A stretch of DNA of 63,410 bases, filler included, from Octopus bimaculoides (taxonomy: Eukaryota), in NCBI RefSeq assembly GCF_001194135.2. It is 6 parts of 6 records of this genome, joined end to end, with 100 filler letters (N's around TTAATTAATTAA, not from the genome) between each part and the next. Parts side by side here need not be neighbours in the genome. Positions count along the whole stretch, not along the records: positions 49,967 to 56,237 come from NW_026429464.1; positions 56,338 to 61,203 come from NC_068989.1; positions 61,304 to 63,410 come from NW_026298162.1; 3 more parts are not named here. One strand, given 5' to 3'. Both the position numbers and the translations under genes were made by a program. Below the pieces are notes generated by a model, which saw only the letters and a program-made list of their open reading frames with translations, ran no database searches and was not told the origin of the DNA. This document shows, in pieces, positions 51,978 through 63,410 of this stretch (the first letter of the stretch is position 1; each line of letters begins with the position of its first letter).

Positions 51978-53255
51978 TTTTTTTTTTGGTTATCATAAAT
52001 CAAACCTTTTCCATGGACCATAAACCCAAGGCTTATAAATAAGTGAACGCTTCTATCCTTTGACCTACCTAACATGGAAATCATACTCCACTGGCACAAC
52101 TCTTATGGTCACTGAGGCATACAAACTACCACCACACCGCTACAAAGACTGGAACTTTTGGCAGAATTCACGACACGGCAAGGATTTTTCTTCCTGTAAT
52201 TCTTATTGTTAATCTGGCACCATGTTTGTGAACTGATAAAAAGAACATTTTTTTCAGAACGGACTTAAGTGATCTGAAGTCAATGTTTACAATTTTAAGT
52301 TAATACTGCCTGGAAATCCAGGATTAATGCCATCAATCCACCTCTACTCTACGCTGCTGTTGTCTCTTCAATTTTCCTTGTTGAAACAAGGAAAATTCAG
52401 CTATTTATGAGGATTGGTTGGTTTAGGCAGACGACAATGAAGAAATAGATATGTCATATGACGAAGAAGAAAAAGAAGAAGGAGGAGGAGGAGAAGAAGA
52501 AGTGAGAGGAAAAGAAGGAAGAGGGGAGGAGAGGAAATGAAGAAGTGAATAAAAAGAAAAAACTGGAGAAAAAAGAAAGGAAGAGAAGGGGGCAAAAAGT
52601 GGGGGGGAAAGAGGAGAGAAAGAAGGGAAGAGATATAAAAGAAAGAAGAGCGAAATGAAACGAAAAGGAAAGAGATAATACGAGAGAAAAATAAATGAGT
52701 AGCGGAAATGATTTGATGATGTCATTTCCGCCACGTATGGACGAGCAGCTGTAGCTTCTGTTCTTTCTACCATTGCTTTCATACAAGAGCAGAGAACAAC
52801 TTAATTTTTCAATGAAACACAACAAAAATGGGAAGAAAAAAAGAAAAAAAATGAAGAAAATTTGAAGAAGACAAAAATAAATTCGTAGANNNNNNNNNNN
52901 NNNNNNNNNNNNNNNNNNNNNNNNNNNNNNNNNNNNNNNNNNNNNNNNNNNNNNNNNNNNNNNNNNNNNNNNNNNNNNNNNNNNNNNNNNNNNNNNNNNN
53001 NNNNNNNNNNNNNNNNNNNNNNNNNNNNNNNNNNNNNNNNNNNNNNNNNNNNNNNNNNNNNNNNNNNNNNNNNNNNNNNNNNNNNNNNNNNNNNNNNNNN
53101 NNNNNNNNNNNNNNNNNNNNNNNNNNNNNNNNNNNNNNNNNNNNNNNNNNNNNNNNNNNNNNNNNNNNNNNNNNNNNNNNNNNNNNNNNNNNNNNNNNNN
53201 NNNNNNNNNNNNNNNNNNNNNNNNNNNNNNNNNNNNNNNNNNNNNNNNNNNNNNN

Positions 53256-53590
53256 TTGGGCGAGTGTCTTCTACTATAGCCTCGGGCCGACCAAAGCCTT
53301 GTGAGTGGATTTGTTAGACGGAAACTGAAAGAAGCCCATCGTATATATGTATGTATATATATATATGCGTGTGTGTGTATCTTTGTGTCTGTGTTTGTCC
53401 CCCAACATCGCTTGACAACCAATGCTGGTGTGTTTACGTCCCCGTAACTTAGCGGTTCGGCAAAAGAGACCGATAGAATAAGTACTAGGCTTCCAAAGGA
53501 TAAGTCCTGGGGTCGATTTGCTCGACTAAAAGGCAGTGCTCCAGCATGGCCGCAGTCAAATGACTGAAACAAGTAAAAGAGTAAAGAGAG
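53256..53590 (+). mobile_element. SINE body (CCTTGTGAGTGGAT...GACTGAAACAAGTAAAAGA family)
   Basis: Related segments at 4455-5000 (split by a gap), 35690-35900 and, inverted, 42410-42580. Confidence 0.8.
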
Positions 53591-54203
53591 TATAGTTTAA
53601 CCATTGTGTTTGTTTGGAAGCAGAGTTGGTGAAGCACCAGACAGGTTGCCCCATGTTATCTGTTTTGACATCCAGCATTCTGAGTTCAAACCCTAGTCAG
53701 GCCCCCCAAACAAGTATCCGTAGCAACCTGCAAGCCTAACAAACAAATTAGACACACCCTAGAAAGTAAGGTGAGCTTCAAAATGGTTGGTGCTGGGTGT
53801 TGAGAAAGGGATTTTTTCAAAAAGAGTCACATGCGTGGCAATGACTGACTGTGTCTTGCCACAAGAAGACTCATCAGTCACTTGGTGCTAGATGAATAGG
53901 TCATTGTGCAATGTACAAATGTGGAGCACAGGAGATCGTTCAGGAGAAATTAGAAAATGAATGAAAGGAGGAAAACCGAAAATGAATCAATGGCATAAAA
54001 TAATTGGATTAATATCAAATCTACCTAATCTTAGGAAATGTTTAACCTAAATACAAACACACACACGTACACACTCACAAAAGCATACTTTCATAAATAC
54101 ATACATAAAGGCAGACATATGTAGATGAACTCTATGCATTTATATTTCTACATTCACACAATAGATACAAGCCTGAATATGTACGTATATGTATATATGT
54201 ATG

Positions 54204-54260
<57 letters not shown>

Positions 54261-55033
54261 NNNNNNNNNNNNNNNNNNNNNNNNNNNNNNNNNNNNNNNN
54301 NNNNNNNNNNNNNNNNNNNNNNNNNNNNNNNNNNNNNNNNNNNNNNNNNNNNNNNNNNNNNNNNNNNNNNNNNNNNNNNNNNNNNNNNNNNNNNNNNNNN
54401 NNNNNNNNNNNNNNNNNNNNNNNNNNNNNNNNNNNNNNNNNNNNNNNNNNNNNNNNNNNNNNNNNNNNNNNNNNNNNNNNNNNNNNNNNNNNNNNNNNNN
54501 NNNNNNNNNNNNNNNNNNNNNNNNNNNNNNNNNNNNNNNNNNNNNNNNNNNNNNNNNNNNNNNNNNNNNNNNNNNNNNNNNNNNNNNNNNNNNNNNNNNN
54601 NNNNNNNNNNNNNNNNNNNNNNNNNNNNNNNNNNNNNNNNNNNNNNNNNNNNNNNNNNNNNNNNNNNNNNNNNNNNNNNNNNNNNNNNNNNNNNNNNNNN
54701 NNNNNNNNNNNNNNNNNNNNNNNNNNNNNNNNNNNNNNNNNNNNNNNNNNNNNNNNNNNNNNNNNNNNNNNNNNNNNNNNNNNNNNNNNNNNNNNNNNNN
54801 NNNNNNNNNNNNNNNNNNNNNNNNNNNNNNNNNNNNNNNNNNNNNNNNNNNNNNNNNNNNNNNNNNNNNNNNNNNNNNNNNNNNNNNNNNNNNNNNNNNN
54901 NNNNNNNNNNNNNNNNNNNNNNNNNNNNTATATATATACACACAAACACACATGTATGCATACACACACATATACAAGTATAACAATAAGGATGAATGCT
55001 AGAGATGTTTATATAAAGCCACACACACACACT

Positions 55034-55073
<40 letters not shown>

Positions 55074-55241
55074 CACACACACACATGTACACAATCATAC
55101 AGAAATATCCACAGAATAAAAGATACATGAATACAAGAATATCTGTTTGTGTGACTGTATATATGTGTATGCATATATATGTGTGTGTGTGTGTATATAC
55201 GGATATATCCACACACACACATATATATATATATATGTGTG

Positions 55242-55272
<31 letters not shown>

Positions 55273-55606
55273 CATAGTTACAATACATTCATAACTATAT
55301 CCAATAGATATATCCATACACAAATATAAATACATAACAATATATCCACATGAATATATTCATGCATATATATATATATGTTTGCGCTTGTGTGTGTATA
55401 TATATATAGAGAGAGATAGATAGATATAAATATGAAAATATACATATATAGCTATTTATGTGTGTATGTATGTATGTATATGCATATGTGTCTGAGAAAT
55501 GTATATTGATTATAAATACAGTCTTTTTACTAAGCTACATCGTTGAGCTATTAAGAAAGAGCTGGTCCTGAACAAGATTCTACTTTAATTAAATATTGAT
55601 TCACTT

Positions 55607-55624
55607 CAGCGCCCCCTGGCGGCA
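55607..55624 (-). promoter_or_regulatory. CTCF core motif
   Basis: Minus strand TGCCGCCAGGGGGCGCTG is nearly identical to the CTCF consensus CCRCCAGGGGGCGC and lies in a unique island between microsatellites. Confidence 0.6.
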
Positions 55625-55846
55625 GATTGATAATTTACACAATATGGCGTCTCATCTACGGACATTTCACGATAACATAAACCCCCGTACATAACAGCAT
55701 ATACACGCAGTTGGCATCGTCATGTGCACCTGTAACGATATGTACACTTGCGTGCGCATGTGTGTGTGTATGTATATATATATATGTATATATACACACA
55801 TATATAGAAATATAAATATGTATATGTAAATATAAATATGTGTGTA

Positions 55847-55960
<114 letters not shown>

Positions 55961-56024
55961 CTCTGTGTGTGTATATATACACAATAAATATATGTAAATA
56001 TATTTCCATATACATTTATATCTA

Positions 56025-56064
<40 letters not shown>

Positions 56065-56947
56065 TGCATACACATAAATATGTGTATGTGTGTTTCTGTA
56101 TGTGTGCATGTATATACATACAGATATGAAAATATAATGCATAAACACAAACACATACACACATACATCTATGTATGTGCATATGTATTCATATGTAAAT
56201 GCATACATACATACATAGACACATAAATATATATATGNNNNNNNNNNNNNNNNNNNNNNNNNNNNNNNNNNNNNNNNNNNNTTAATTAATTAANNNNNNN
56301 NNNNNNNNNNNNNNNNNNNNNNNNNNNNNNNNNNNNNATATATATAGGATACAGACAGTCAAATATAATTAGTAAAGGATACCTGTATGAGTATGAATAT
56401 ATCTATAGATATGTGTATGTTTGCATATATGTGAGTGAGTGTGTGTGTGTGTGTGAGGGAGTGCGTGTGTATGTGTGTGTGTGCGTATGTTTGGTAGTTG
56501 AACAGATTTCCTTTCCGGATTTACCATCCTTCTATGACTCATCTAAATTTCGGAAATATTAGTTGGAGAGATATCATATAAGATCTCCAATCTCCTCTGA
56601 GAATCTTACGCTCCAATCTACTTTACGACTGCATTCTGCCTGCTCTGCTCTTAATTCAGCTTAGCCTCATATAAGGCTACTCCTCACCACAACCAATTGG
56701 GAGTCATCCTACGCCTGAAGAAATATCAGGAAAAAAAAAACAAAAGATATGGCTGTCTGTCTGTCTACATAAGCGGTGTGAGCTTTTATTACAAGTAAAC
56801 ATAACGCATATGGGCGTTATGTTTATATATATGCAGACATATGTGCACACACTCACACACACACACACACACACACACACAAATACCGAAGCATGTGCTT
56901 CCATGTTGATTTGTATATACATATATATGCGTATATATACACACGTG

Positions 56948-56979
<32 letters not shown>

Positions 56980-57620
56980 NNNNNNNNNNNNNNNNNNNNN
57001 NNNNNNNNNNNNNNNNNNNNNNNNNNNNNNNNNNNNNNNNNNNNNNNNNNNNNNNNNNNNNNNNNNNNNNNNNNNNNNNNNNNNNNNNNNNNNNNNNNNN
57101 NNNNNNNNNNNNNNNNNNNNNNNNNNNNNNNNNNNNNNNNNNNNNNNNNNNNNNNNNNNNNNNNNNNNNNNNNNNNNNNNNNNNNNNNNNNNNNNNNNNN
57201 NNNNNNNNNNNNNNNNNNNNNNNNNNNNNNNNNNNNNNNNNNNNNNNNNNNNNNNNNNNNNNNNNNNNNNNNNNNNNNNNNNNNNNNNNNNNNNNNNNNN
57301 NNNNNNNNNNNNNNNNNNNNNNNNNNNNNNNNNNNNNNNNNNNNNNNNNNNNNNNNNNNNNNNNNNNNNNNNNNNNNNNNNNNNNNNNNNNNNNNNNNNN
57401 NNNNNNNNNNNNNNNNNNNNNNNNNNNNNNNNNNNNNNNNNNNNNNNNNNNNNNNNNNNNNNNNNNNNNNNNNNNNNNNNNNNNNNNNNNNNNNNNNNNN
57501 NNNNNNNNNNNNNNNNNNNNNNNNNNNNNNNNNNNNNNNNNNNNNNNNNNNNNNNNNNTATATATATATATATATATATATATCTGTAAATATAATATGT
57601 GACAATTATTCAGTAGCCAT

Positions 57621-57681
57621 GCTAAAACTCCGAGTTTCGGATGTCGGAGAAGAACCCCACGTCGCCATCTCTTCAGTTATC
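57621..57681 (-). ncRNA. Type I hammerhead ribozyme motif (third family)
   Basis: GATAA CTGAAGA GATG...CATC C GAAA CTC G GAG TT^ TTAGC: core intact, stem III near-palindromic, stems I and II imperfect. Confidence 0.55.
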
Positions 57682-57750
57682 GGACCATCGAAAACAATGC
57701 TATGAAAATGACCGTTAAACAAATGGAAATTATTGTGTGATTGACGGTCA

Positions 57751-57898
57751 ATAACGGATCGTGGGTAAGGCCACAACAATGCAAAGTAAATGTATGGCAA
57801 ATCACAAGAAAACAAATATATGAATTAATATATATTTTTTCTTTTGATTTCCCTTGCATTTATTTCGCATTGTTCTGGCTTTACCCACGATCCTTTAT
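57751..57898. repeat. Inverted duplication with arms of about 75 bp next to the hammerhead-bearing repeat
   Basis: The reverse complement of 57751-57825 matches 57829-57898. Confidence 0.75.
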
Positions 57899-58665
57899 AC
57901 AATATATTCTACACAATGCTTCATAGTAATTATATATATATCTCATTAAAGGTTAAAGTGGAAAACACTTGGCCAAGGTGAGCTCAGTGGGACTGAACCG
58001 GGAACCATGTGGTTGAGAAGCATGCGTGTGTGTGTGCGCGCGCGCATGTTCCCGTATGTGCTTTTGCGTTTATACATATATACACTCAAACATCATACCA
58101 TTAAATAGTGCTTTGTGCACGCATCTGTGATAGTATCGGTAGGCTGCTGTTGTTTAAGACCAAAATAATACGGTGACCCAGCTTAAACAATTCGTAGCAT
58201 CGCCCACGCTAACCTCACTTAAAAACCTCTCCCCCATGCCGCAGTCTATGCCATCTTGCATTCATTTCTGTTAATGTATGAAAGAAAATACCCAGCCTTG
58301 TTATTTATCTTTGCAATCTGTATTATTTGTGCTGTTTTCGTGGCTGTTTTAGTTGACTCTGGTGTTTTCTTTGCCTTTGTGACACTTATCGTTTTACTGC
58401 ACTCACATACATCTATAATATGCTTCTTTTTTTCTTTTATTCTGTGTCATATTACACTGTGTGCTCGCATGTGCATGTTCATGTGTGTTTGTATGCATGT
58501 ATGTAGATATGTGTGTATATTTGTTCATGCATATATGAATATATGTGTGTGGGTGTGTGTTGGTGAGTACTTGCATAATTACATGCATGTACACTTATAA
58601 ACGCAAAAAATAAGTTTGTGCAAATACTGAGTTGTACATATGTGCGTATATTGATATATACATAC

Positions 58666-58668
<3 letters not shown>

Positions 58669-58732
<64 letters not shown>

Positions 58733-58765
58733 GTAATAATAATAATAATAATTATAATTATAATA
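58669..58765. repeat. (AAT)n microsatellite
   Basis: Direct reading; also (GAT)n at 45873-45951 and (ATT)n at 62513-62563. Confidence 0.95.
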
Positions 58766-59227
58766 ATATACAACATACAGAAAATTGCACTACTGNNNNN
58801 NNNNNNNNNNNNNNNNNNNNNNNNNNNNNNNNNNNNNNNNNNNNNNNNNNNNNNNNNNNNNNNNNNNNNNNNNNNNNNNNNNNNNNNNNNNNNNNNNNNN
58901 NNNNNNNNNNNNNNNNNNNNNNNNNNNNNNNNNNNNNNNNNNNNNNNNNNNNNNNNNNNNNNNNNNNNNNNNNNNNNNNNNNNNNNNNNNNNNNNNNNNN
59001 NNNNNNNNNNNNNNNNNNNNNNNNNNNNNNNNNNNNNNNNNNNNNNNNNNNNNNNNNNNNNNNNNNNNNNNNNNNNNNNNNNNNNNNNNNNNNNNNNNNN
59101 NNNNNNNNNNNNNNNNNNNNNNNNNNTATATATATACAGAGAAAGAGAGAGAGAGAGAGATAGAGACAGGCAGACATACCGACAGACAGACAGATGATAG
59201 ATAGATGTTGTTGTTGTTGTTGTTGTT

Positions 59228-59603
59228 GGCACTCCGTCGCTTACGACGTCGAGGGTTCCAGTTGATCCGATCAACGGAACAGCCTGCTCGTGAAATTAAC
59301 ATGCAAGTGGCTGAGCACTCCACAGACACGTGTACCCTTAACGTAGTTCTCGGGGATATTCAGCGTGACATAGTGTGACAAGGCTGACCCTTTGAATTAC
59401 AGTCACAACAGAAACAGGAAGTAAGACTGAGAGAAAGTTGTGATGAAAGGGTACAGCAGAGTTCGCCACCATCCCCTGCCGGAGCCTCGTGCAGCTTTAT
59501 GTGTTTTCACTCAATAAACACTCAGAACGCCCTGTCTGGGAATCGAAACCGCGATCCTATGATCGCGAGTCCGCTGCCCTAACCACTGGGCCATTGCACC
59601 TCC
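59228..59603 (-). mobile_element. tRNA-derived SINE (same family as 39054-39433) with (AAC)n tail
   Basis: Colinear with 39054-39433 over about 375 nt. Confidence 0.9.
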
Positions 59604-59879
59604 ACAGATAGCTAGGTAGATATATATATACATACATACACACATACGTAGATACAGAGATTACACAGACATAGAAAAAAAATCTGTAGTTAGGTAAACA
59701 GTTCGATAGATGGACTGACAAAACAAGGGATTCACATGTATATATAACTACGTCAGAATATATAAGTGAGCCATCTGCGTAAAAACAAGGCTAGTGCAAA
59801 CGTTCATTTCGCCAAAAGGCATTTATGGTTGCGTGTTTGCATAGACTCTGAATAAATTTGAAGAGAACATAACCAGTGT

Positions 59880-60230
59880 GCTTAAAATGTGGGCGTATTG
59901 GAGAATGTTACGAATCTTTCACAAGGAGCATTGGACAAATGAATGTGTGTTACAACAAGTAGGCGAAAGATTATAACTCCTGAATATTGTGGAAAAAAAA
60001 TGCAGAAACTCATCTATTATGGCCATATTCAAAGAAGTAGAGGTTTGGCAAACATAATCTTGAAAGGAAGAATAGAGGCCAATAGATGAAGAGGCAGGCA
60101 AAGAATGCAATGGATGAACAATATCAAGATCTGGTTGGATAAGAGTGGCAAAGCAGATGGAGACTTCGCGCTCAATCGGGAAGACTTTCGTTGAAAGGTC
60201 AACAATGCGCTGCAGGCGTACGATGCGTGT
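59880..60230 (+). mobile_element. RTE-like LINE 3' remnant
   Basis: GRIEANR.RGRQRMQWMNNIK and GWIRVAKQMETSRSIGKTFVERS resemble RTE C-terminal motifs. Confidence 0.55.
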
Positions 60231-61327
60231 GTGTATGCGCGCACACACACACACACACACACATATCGAGTGTCTTTTATATGTACGTTTGTAGGAATAC
60301 ATGCGTGTGTAAACGAATGTGACTAATTGTTCCAATGGACGAACGTATCTGAACAGTTCAGTCCAATACATAAAACTTGACTTCTGATGTGCAGTTAACC
60401 TGTCAGCACCTGAAGTTACTAGAATTTCTAAAGAGACTACGAAATAACAGATTGTCAAATCTAACTTCTTAACAATTTTTATTTATGGAAGACTGCTCTG
60501 CTGGATATGAGCTGCCAGGGAGATATGAAAGTAATTACCTAACGATATCAAATCTGCTCCTCCTTCATCTATTTCAATCCATTTTTTCCTATATTTCCCT
60601 TAATTATAACCGCCTACTTAGGGCGACCTAAATGGGTGAATATGATTTTCGGTATGATTGGAAAGGGAATCAGCTCAATGGTTTTTACGGCGTTCCAGAA
60701 AGATCGTTTTGGCATAGGTGGTCATGGAATGCTTGCACAACGGTTGGGGATAAACGAGTAGTTACTGATATAGTTATGGCATGAGGCAAGATTGGTTAAA
60801 TTGAAACAAATGAAACAATTGTAAAGTTAGCAACACACGCAATTTGCTGACTCCGTTCTCTGATTATTCTTTGTTATATACACTCTGCTGAAAATTTTGT
60901 GGATTTCCGAATTAAGAGTGCAGTGGGAGTCTCGAAGGAACCCCCTTACCTTTCAGTTTCAGATAGATACTATCTGTTTAAGTTCATAAAAAATTTGTGT
61001 GTGTGTGTATAGAATTGACAATTATTGACGTACTTTTAGAATTTGGATGCACACATATGTTGACGATATAATTTTATGCACTCACTGTACATTTGCGTGT
61101 ATTAAAAAAATATATTTTTTTAGCAATTTTATTCATTGAACATATATACCGTCTGTGTATATACATACACACATACCAATATATATATATATATATATAT
61201 ATANNNNNNNNNNNNNNNNNNNNNNNNNNNNNNNNNNNNNNNNNNNNTTAATTAATTAANNNNNNNNNNNNNNNNNNNNNNNNNNNNNNNNNNNNNNNNN
61301 NNNATATATATATATATATATATAAAT

Positions 61328-61560
61328 AAGGCGGCGAGCTGGCAGAAACGTTAGCAAATCGGGCGAAATGCTAAGCTGTATTTCGTCTGCCGTTACGTTC
61401 TGAGTTCAAATTCCGCCGCGGTCGACTTTACCTTTCATCCCTTCGAGGTCGATAAATTAAGTACTAGTTAATCACTGGGTCGATGTAATCGACTTAATCC
61501 CTTTGTCTGTCCTTGTTTGTCCCCTCTATGTTTAGCCCCTTGTGGGCAATAAAGAAATAA
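61328..61560 (+). mobile_element. tRNA-derived SINE (AAGGCGGCGAGCTGGCAG head)
   Basis: GAGTTCAAATTCC B box and GGTCGATAAA.TAAGTAC core are shared with 5106-5310 and 3481-3640. Confidence 0.85.
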
Positions 61561-61960
61561 CACATATATACATACATACATACATACACACACACAGATA
61601 TATATATATAAACATATATACAGGCATACATGTGTGTATACTTATACATATGAACTTAAACGCACTCGTGAACTTATATGGAAACACATACACCTTACAT
61701 TTAAACACACACGAACACACACACACGCACACACACAGACACCCACACACATGAACATAGCAACACACACACACGCGCGCACATGCTCACAGATACACTT
61801 GCGTCACACGTTTCCTTGGTGCACGTGTTAGCACCATGACTACGTCATACCTAGCACACATGTAGATTGTATATGTGTATTAATATCTTTGCTGACTGAT
61901 ATTGAATTAGATGAGCAGTACTCATGGAAAGGTAGAGAAAGTGGAACGGGTTCGGGCGGA

Positions 61961-62005
<45 letters not shown>

Positions 62006-62310
62006 AGAGAGAGAGAAGGAGAGAGAGAGAAAGAGAAGGAAAGAGAGAGAGGTAAGCAATGTGAAGAGATAACCACAAAAAAGAACACGGAAAAGGAATA
62101 AATAAGGAATATCGTGAAAAACATTAGTGGAATAAATTTTTAAAACAGCGTAAATATTTTAAATAATAATTTAGATAATTATGCCTTCACGCAAATGAAA
62201 GACGTTTGAGTTTAAACCAATATGGCTGCGTTTTATGTAGCTATATGCATATAACCACCCACACACGCTCAAACACGCATACATAGCTAAGTACCTATAT
62301 ATATGCATGT

Positions 62311-62375
<65 letters not shown>

Positions 62376-62510
62376 TTAACTTATGTCACGTGGTAGAAAC
62401 ATCCGCAGACTAGGAGAAAATATCTGGAATACTCTCATAGAAATGAATTTATCTTGTCAAGGCCTTCAGTAATCCACAAAGCTAATCTACATGTTCTATA
62501 ACGTATGATG

Positions 62511-62567
<57 letters not shown>

Positions 62568-63410
62568 TTGCTTGACATGTGCCAGTGTTTAGAAATTTTC
62601 TTGGAAAAATATTACCCCTTCTTTAAAGCTAGGCAATACCTCAGCTCTTGTACAAAGACTTCGAGTAATCTTCACCGTCGGGCAACACCTGGAATATCAG
62701 TATACTTTGAAATATGTGGTCGTTTGACCGATAAGGCTACTTGTAACTGCACAGGTATCTGTCTTTCTATATAATTTCGAAGTTGGAAGGGAACCTTTTC
62801 ATGTATCCTAAACTAAAAGAGTAAAAGTTTTGATAGTAACCCTCCTTCAACGTATTTACGGTAAGCCCCATATAATTTCTTTCGACGACGTCCAACTCAT
62901 TCCAAAATACACAATTCCCTTTGAGGGCAAAATGATAAGTTCTAACATTTGAAAATTAGCTGTTTGGCGAGCAAGCATTGTGGGTGCATGATTCTCGATT
63001 GTAGCAGGATGATCTGGGAAGCGTTGCTGTGTAAACAAACATAAATGACCTAATAGTGGAGTGCAATGAAAACTTGTTGTATACACTTTGAGGGAGCGGG
63101 GTGCATTACGAGACATAAAATTCTTGGCTGTATTTATTTTAAGGTCCATAATATCATATGGATCGGAACATGTAATCTTCTTCATTCTTCTAATCTGGTG
63201 TTGAATGAGGGAAGTATTCTCAGAGGAAAATCTAAATTTCAAACTAAAAGTATGTTGCTGCGAAGCGAAGACAGACCCATCAAACTGACGACCTTATGTG
63301 ATAAAGACGGAGATAATTGTAATATCAATACAATGCAATATAATGCAATACATACATGTATGTGCGTGTGCTTGTATATATATATATATATATATACATA
63401 TATACATACA

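Noticed and set aside
57606-57815. 69-aa minus ORF
   Set aside because: Overlaps the hammerhead-bearing repeat and inverted duplication; no coding signal.
62856-63242. 128-aa minus ORF with a plausible acceptor at about 63030, and 89-aa plus ORF 62505-62774
   Set aside because: No recognisable domain, and competing frames are equally weak; needs RNA-seq or tblastn.

Overview
Eukaryotic, very AT-rich, microsatellite- and transposon-dominated genomic DNA, most likely an octopus or other coleoid (inferred from the SINE families and repeat load, not proven). The window is a pseudomolecule: five identical 100-bp spacers (44 N + TTAATTAATTAA + 44 N) join six separate pieces, and there are many N gaps and two Illumina adapter remnants. 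Only one host coding exon is recognisable: a 207-nt F-box exon of FBXO16 (+, 20113-20319). A CpG-rich promoter and probable first exon of an unidentified minus-strand gene lie at about 13440-14060. The rest is mostly mobile DNA: a decayed Ty3/Gypsy LTR element, several Penelope-like elements (PLEs, one with an uninterrupted RT-GIY-YIG frame), mariner, Tc1 and MULE remnants, RTE and CR1 LINE fragments, tRNA-derived SINEs and fold-back MITEs. The most interesting signal is a set of type I hammerhead ribozyme motifs from at least three unrelated repeat families (30566-30640, 44398-44496 with 45596-45695, and 57621-57681). They include a 516-nt tandem, retrozyme-like unit and a pair that shares a non-canonical CCGA(A/T)GA core. 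Most ORFs in the supplied track are microsatellite or gap artefacts. All alignments and folds were done by eye.
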